Shown piece after piece: positions 62,907-64,000 of a stretch of 64,000 nucleotides of DNA. The notes under the pieces were generated by a model. That model was given only the letters and a program-made list of their open reading frames with translations, ran no database searches and had not been told where the DNA came from. The translations under genes and the position numbers were made by a program. The stretch's first letter is position 1. Each line of letters opens with the position of its first letter. The DNA is from Chitinophagales bacterium. GTDB taxonomy: Bacteria > Bacteroidota > Bacteroidia > Chitinophagales > JADIYW01. The stretch covers positions 869,471 through 933,470 of the forward strand of contig JAXLTY010000001.1 of assembly GCA_046329815.1 (NCBI GenBank), written 5' to 3'.

Positions 62907-63593
62907 ATGAAAAAAATTAAAACAATCGTAACTATAGCAATAGTAATCCTTGCTATAAGCTGCAAAAAAGCAAGCAGTAAAATAATATCAGATACGCGTC
63001 CAAGAGATATAGATGGTAATGTGTATGATACTGTAGTTATAGGCACTCAAACATGGATGGTACAAAACCTTAAAACAACTAAATATAATGATGGAACTTC
63101 TATACCAACAGATTTAGATGATGTTGCATGGGCAAATATTAATATTGGTGCATTTACAGTTTACAATGCTAACAATACTTTTAATACCACATACTATAAT
63201 GATACGTATGGTAAATTATACAATTGGTATGCGGTAAACACTGGCAAATTAGCACCTAAAGGATGGCATATACCTACTGATGCTGAGTGTACTACTTTAA
63301 CAGACTATCTAGGTGGTGAAAATACAGCTGGTGGCGCAATGAAAGCTACCACACTATGGAATAGTCCAAACACAGGAGCTAACAATAGTAGTGGTTTTAC
63401 ATGTCTTCCTGCGGGTCGCCGCGATATCACTGGATCGTTCAATGATCTTGGCAACTTCGGTAACTTTTGGTCTTCTACAGGGCTTGATAGAAACAATGCG
63501 TGGTCTCGCCGAATGTATTTCAGTTCAACAGATGTAAGCAAATACGGCACTATTAAACAAACTGGATTAAGCGTTCGCTGTGTTAGAGACTAA
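62907..63593 (+). CDS. FISUMP-domain (Fibrobacter succinogenes major paralogous domain, TIGR02145-like) lipoprotein
   Basis: Lipobox LAISCKK; motifs TQTWMVQNLKTTKYNDG, YGKLYNWYA, PKGWHIPTDAE, GGAMKATTLWNS, GFTCLPAGRRD, GNFWSST. Confidence 0.75.
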   Translation: MKKIKTIVTIAIVILAISCKKASSKIISDTRPRDIDGNVYDTVVIGTQTWMVQNLKTTKYNDGTSIPTDLDDVAWANINIGAFTVYNANNTFNTTYYNDTYGKLYNWYAVNTGKLAPKGWHIPTDAECTTLTDYLGGENTAGGAMKATTLWNSPNTGANNSSGFTCLPAGRRDITGSFNDLGNFGNFWSSTGLDRNNAWSRRMYFSSTDVSKYGTIKQTGLSVRCVRD

Positions 63594-63645
63594 TATAAAT
63601 ATTATCATTTCTAAAAAATACTGTTCAATAAAAAAACAAAAAACT

Positions 63646-64000
63646 ATGAAAACAATAAGATCAATAGCAGTTCTGGTATTAGTAATTATTGCTGTAAGCT
63701 GCAAAAAAGAAAAACAAAACGATGTAAATATCGAAGACAAAACGGTTAGCATTCTGCTGTCTAATAACAATTCATCATCAAACGATAGTGTAATCGATCT
63801 AAACAGCGATGGAACTGATGATTTCCGTATTTACAGTTCGCTGCCAGGTGGCATCAACACGAATAGTCAAATTGGAATCAATAGCATCACTAATTTTGAA
63901 TTTTCAACTGAAATTTCAGGTTTTATCAATGAAATCACCAAAACATTTTCCGAAGGTAGCACTATAAATGCATCATCAGGAACATGGAAAGCAGATGCTA
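63646..64000 (+). CDS. Hypothetical lipoprotein, N-terminal part (runs off the window)
   Basis: ATG 63646; MKTIRSIAVLVLVIIAVSCKKEKQ lipobox; open frame to the window end; missing from the ORF track because there is no stop. Confidence 0.5.
   Translation, partial: MKTIRSIAVLVLVIIAVSCKKEKQNDVNIEDKTVSILLSNNNSSSNDSVIDLNSDGTDDFRIYSSLPGGINTNSQIGINSITNFEFSTEISGFINEITKTFSEGSTINASSGTWKADA

Overview
This is a low-GC Bacteroidota-type chromosomal window. Its right part (40.2-58.4 kb) holds the ribosomal-protein/str super-operon. The T9SS C-terminal domains, SprB-like repeats, FISUMP lipoprotein, 'SCKK' lipoboxes and long FtsZ/FtsA/S12/L17 tails are typical of Bacteroidota. Two highly conserved housekeeping loci sit on the minus strand. 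(1) A complete dcw cluster, mraZ-rsmH-ftsL-ftsI-murE-mraY-murD-ftsW-murG-murC-ftsQ-ftsA-ftsZ, runs from 16.3 kb to 0.35 kb. (2) The str/S10/spc/alpha ribosomal super-operon, rpsL-rpsG-fusA-rpsJ ... rpoA-rplQ, runs from 58.4 kb to 40.2 kb; I added the two sub-60-aa genes rpmJ and rpmD by hand. About 24 kb of variable genes lie between the two loci. They encode a translationally coupled TPR-AAA+ ATPase / TPR-membrane protein pair, an acyl-CoA dehydrogenase, and two tandem intradiol-dioxygenase-like secreted proteins (one with a T9SS C-terminal domain). They also encode a LytS/LytTR two-component pair, a 1064-aa SprB-repeat T9SS type-B protein, and a 780-aa flotillin-like protein with five internal ~75-aa repeats. 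Further genes are a DUF885 lipoprotein, a membrane-protein pair (zinc-ribbon + GYF/RDD), a membrane-anchored SGNH hydrolase, carA and a ParE-type toxin-antitoxin pair. Two paralogous ~500-aa helical proteins of unknown function sit next to the start of each conserved operon block. The right end holds a run of lipoprotein genes (RCC1-repeat, FISUMP and others). I saw no rRNA, tRNA, CRISPR, transposase or integrase. The non-coding features I could read directly are several intrinsic terminators, MraZ-box-like repeats, a heptamer-based intergenic repeat present in two operon spacers, a heptamer microsatellite before rplP, and a 617-bp AT-rich gap upstream of rpsL. All family assignments rest on motifs read by eye and need a database search to confirm.
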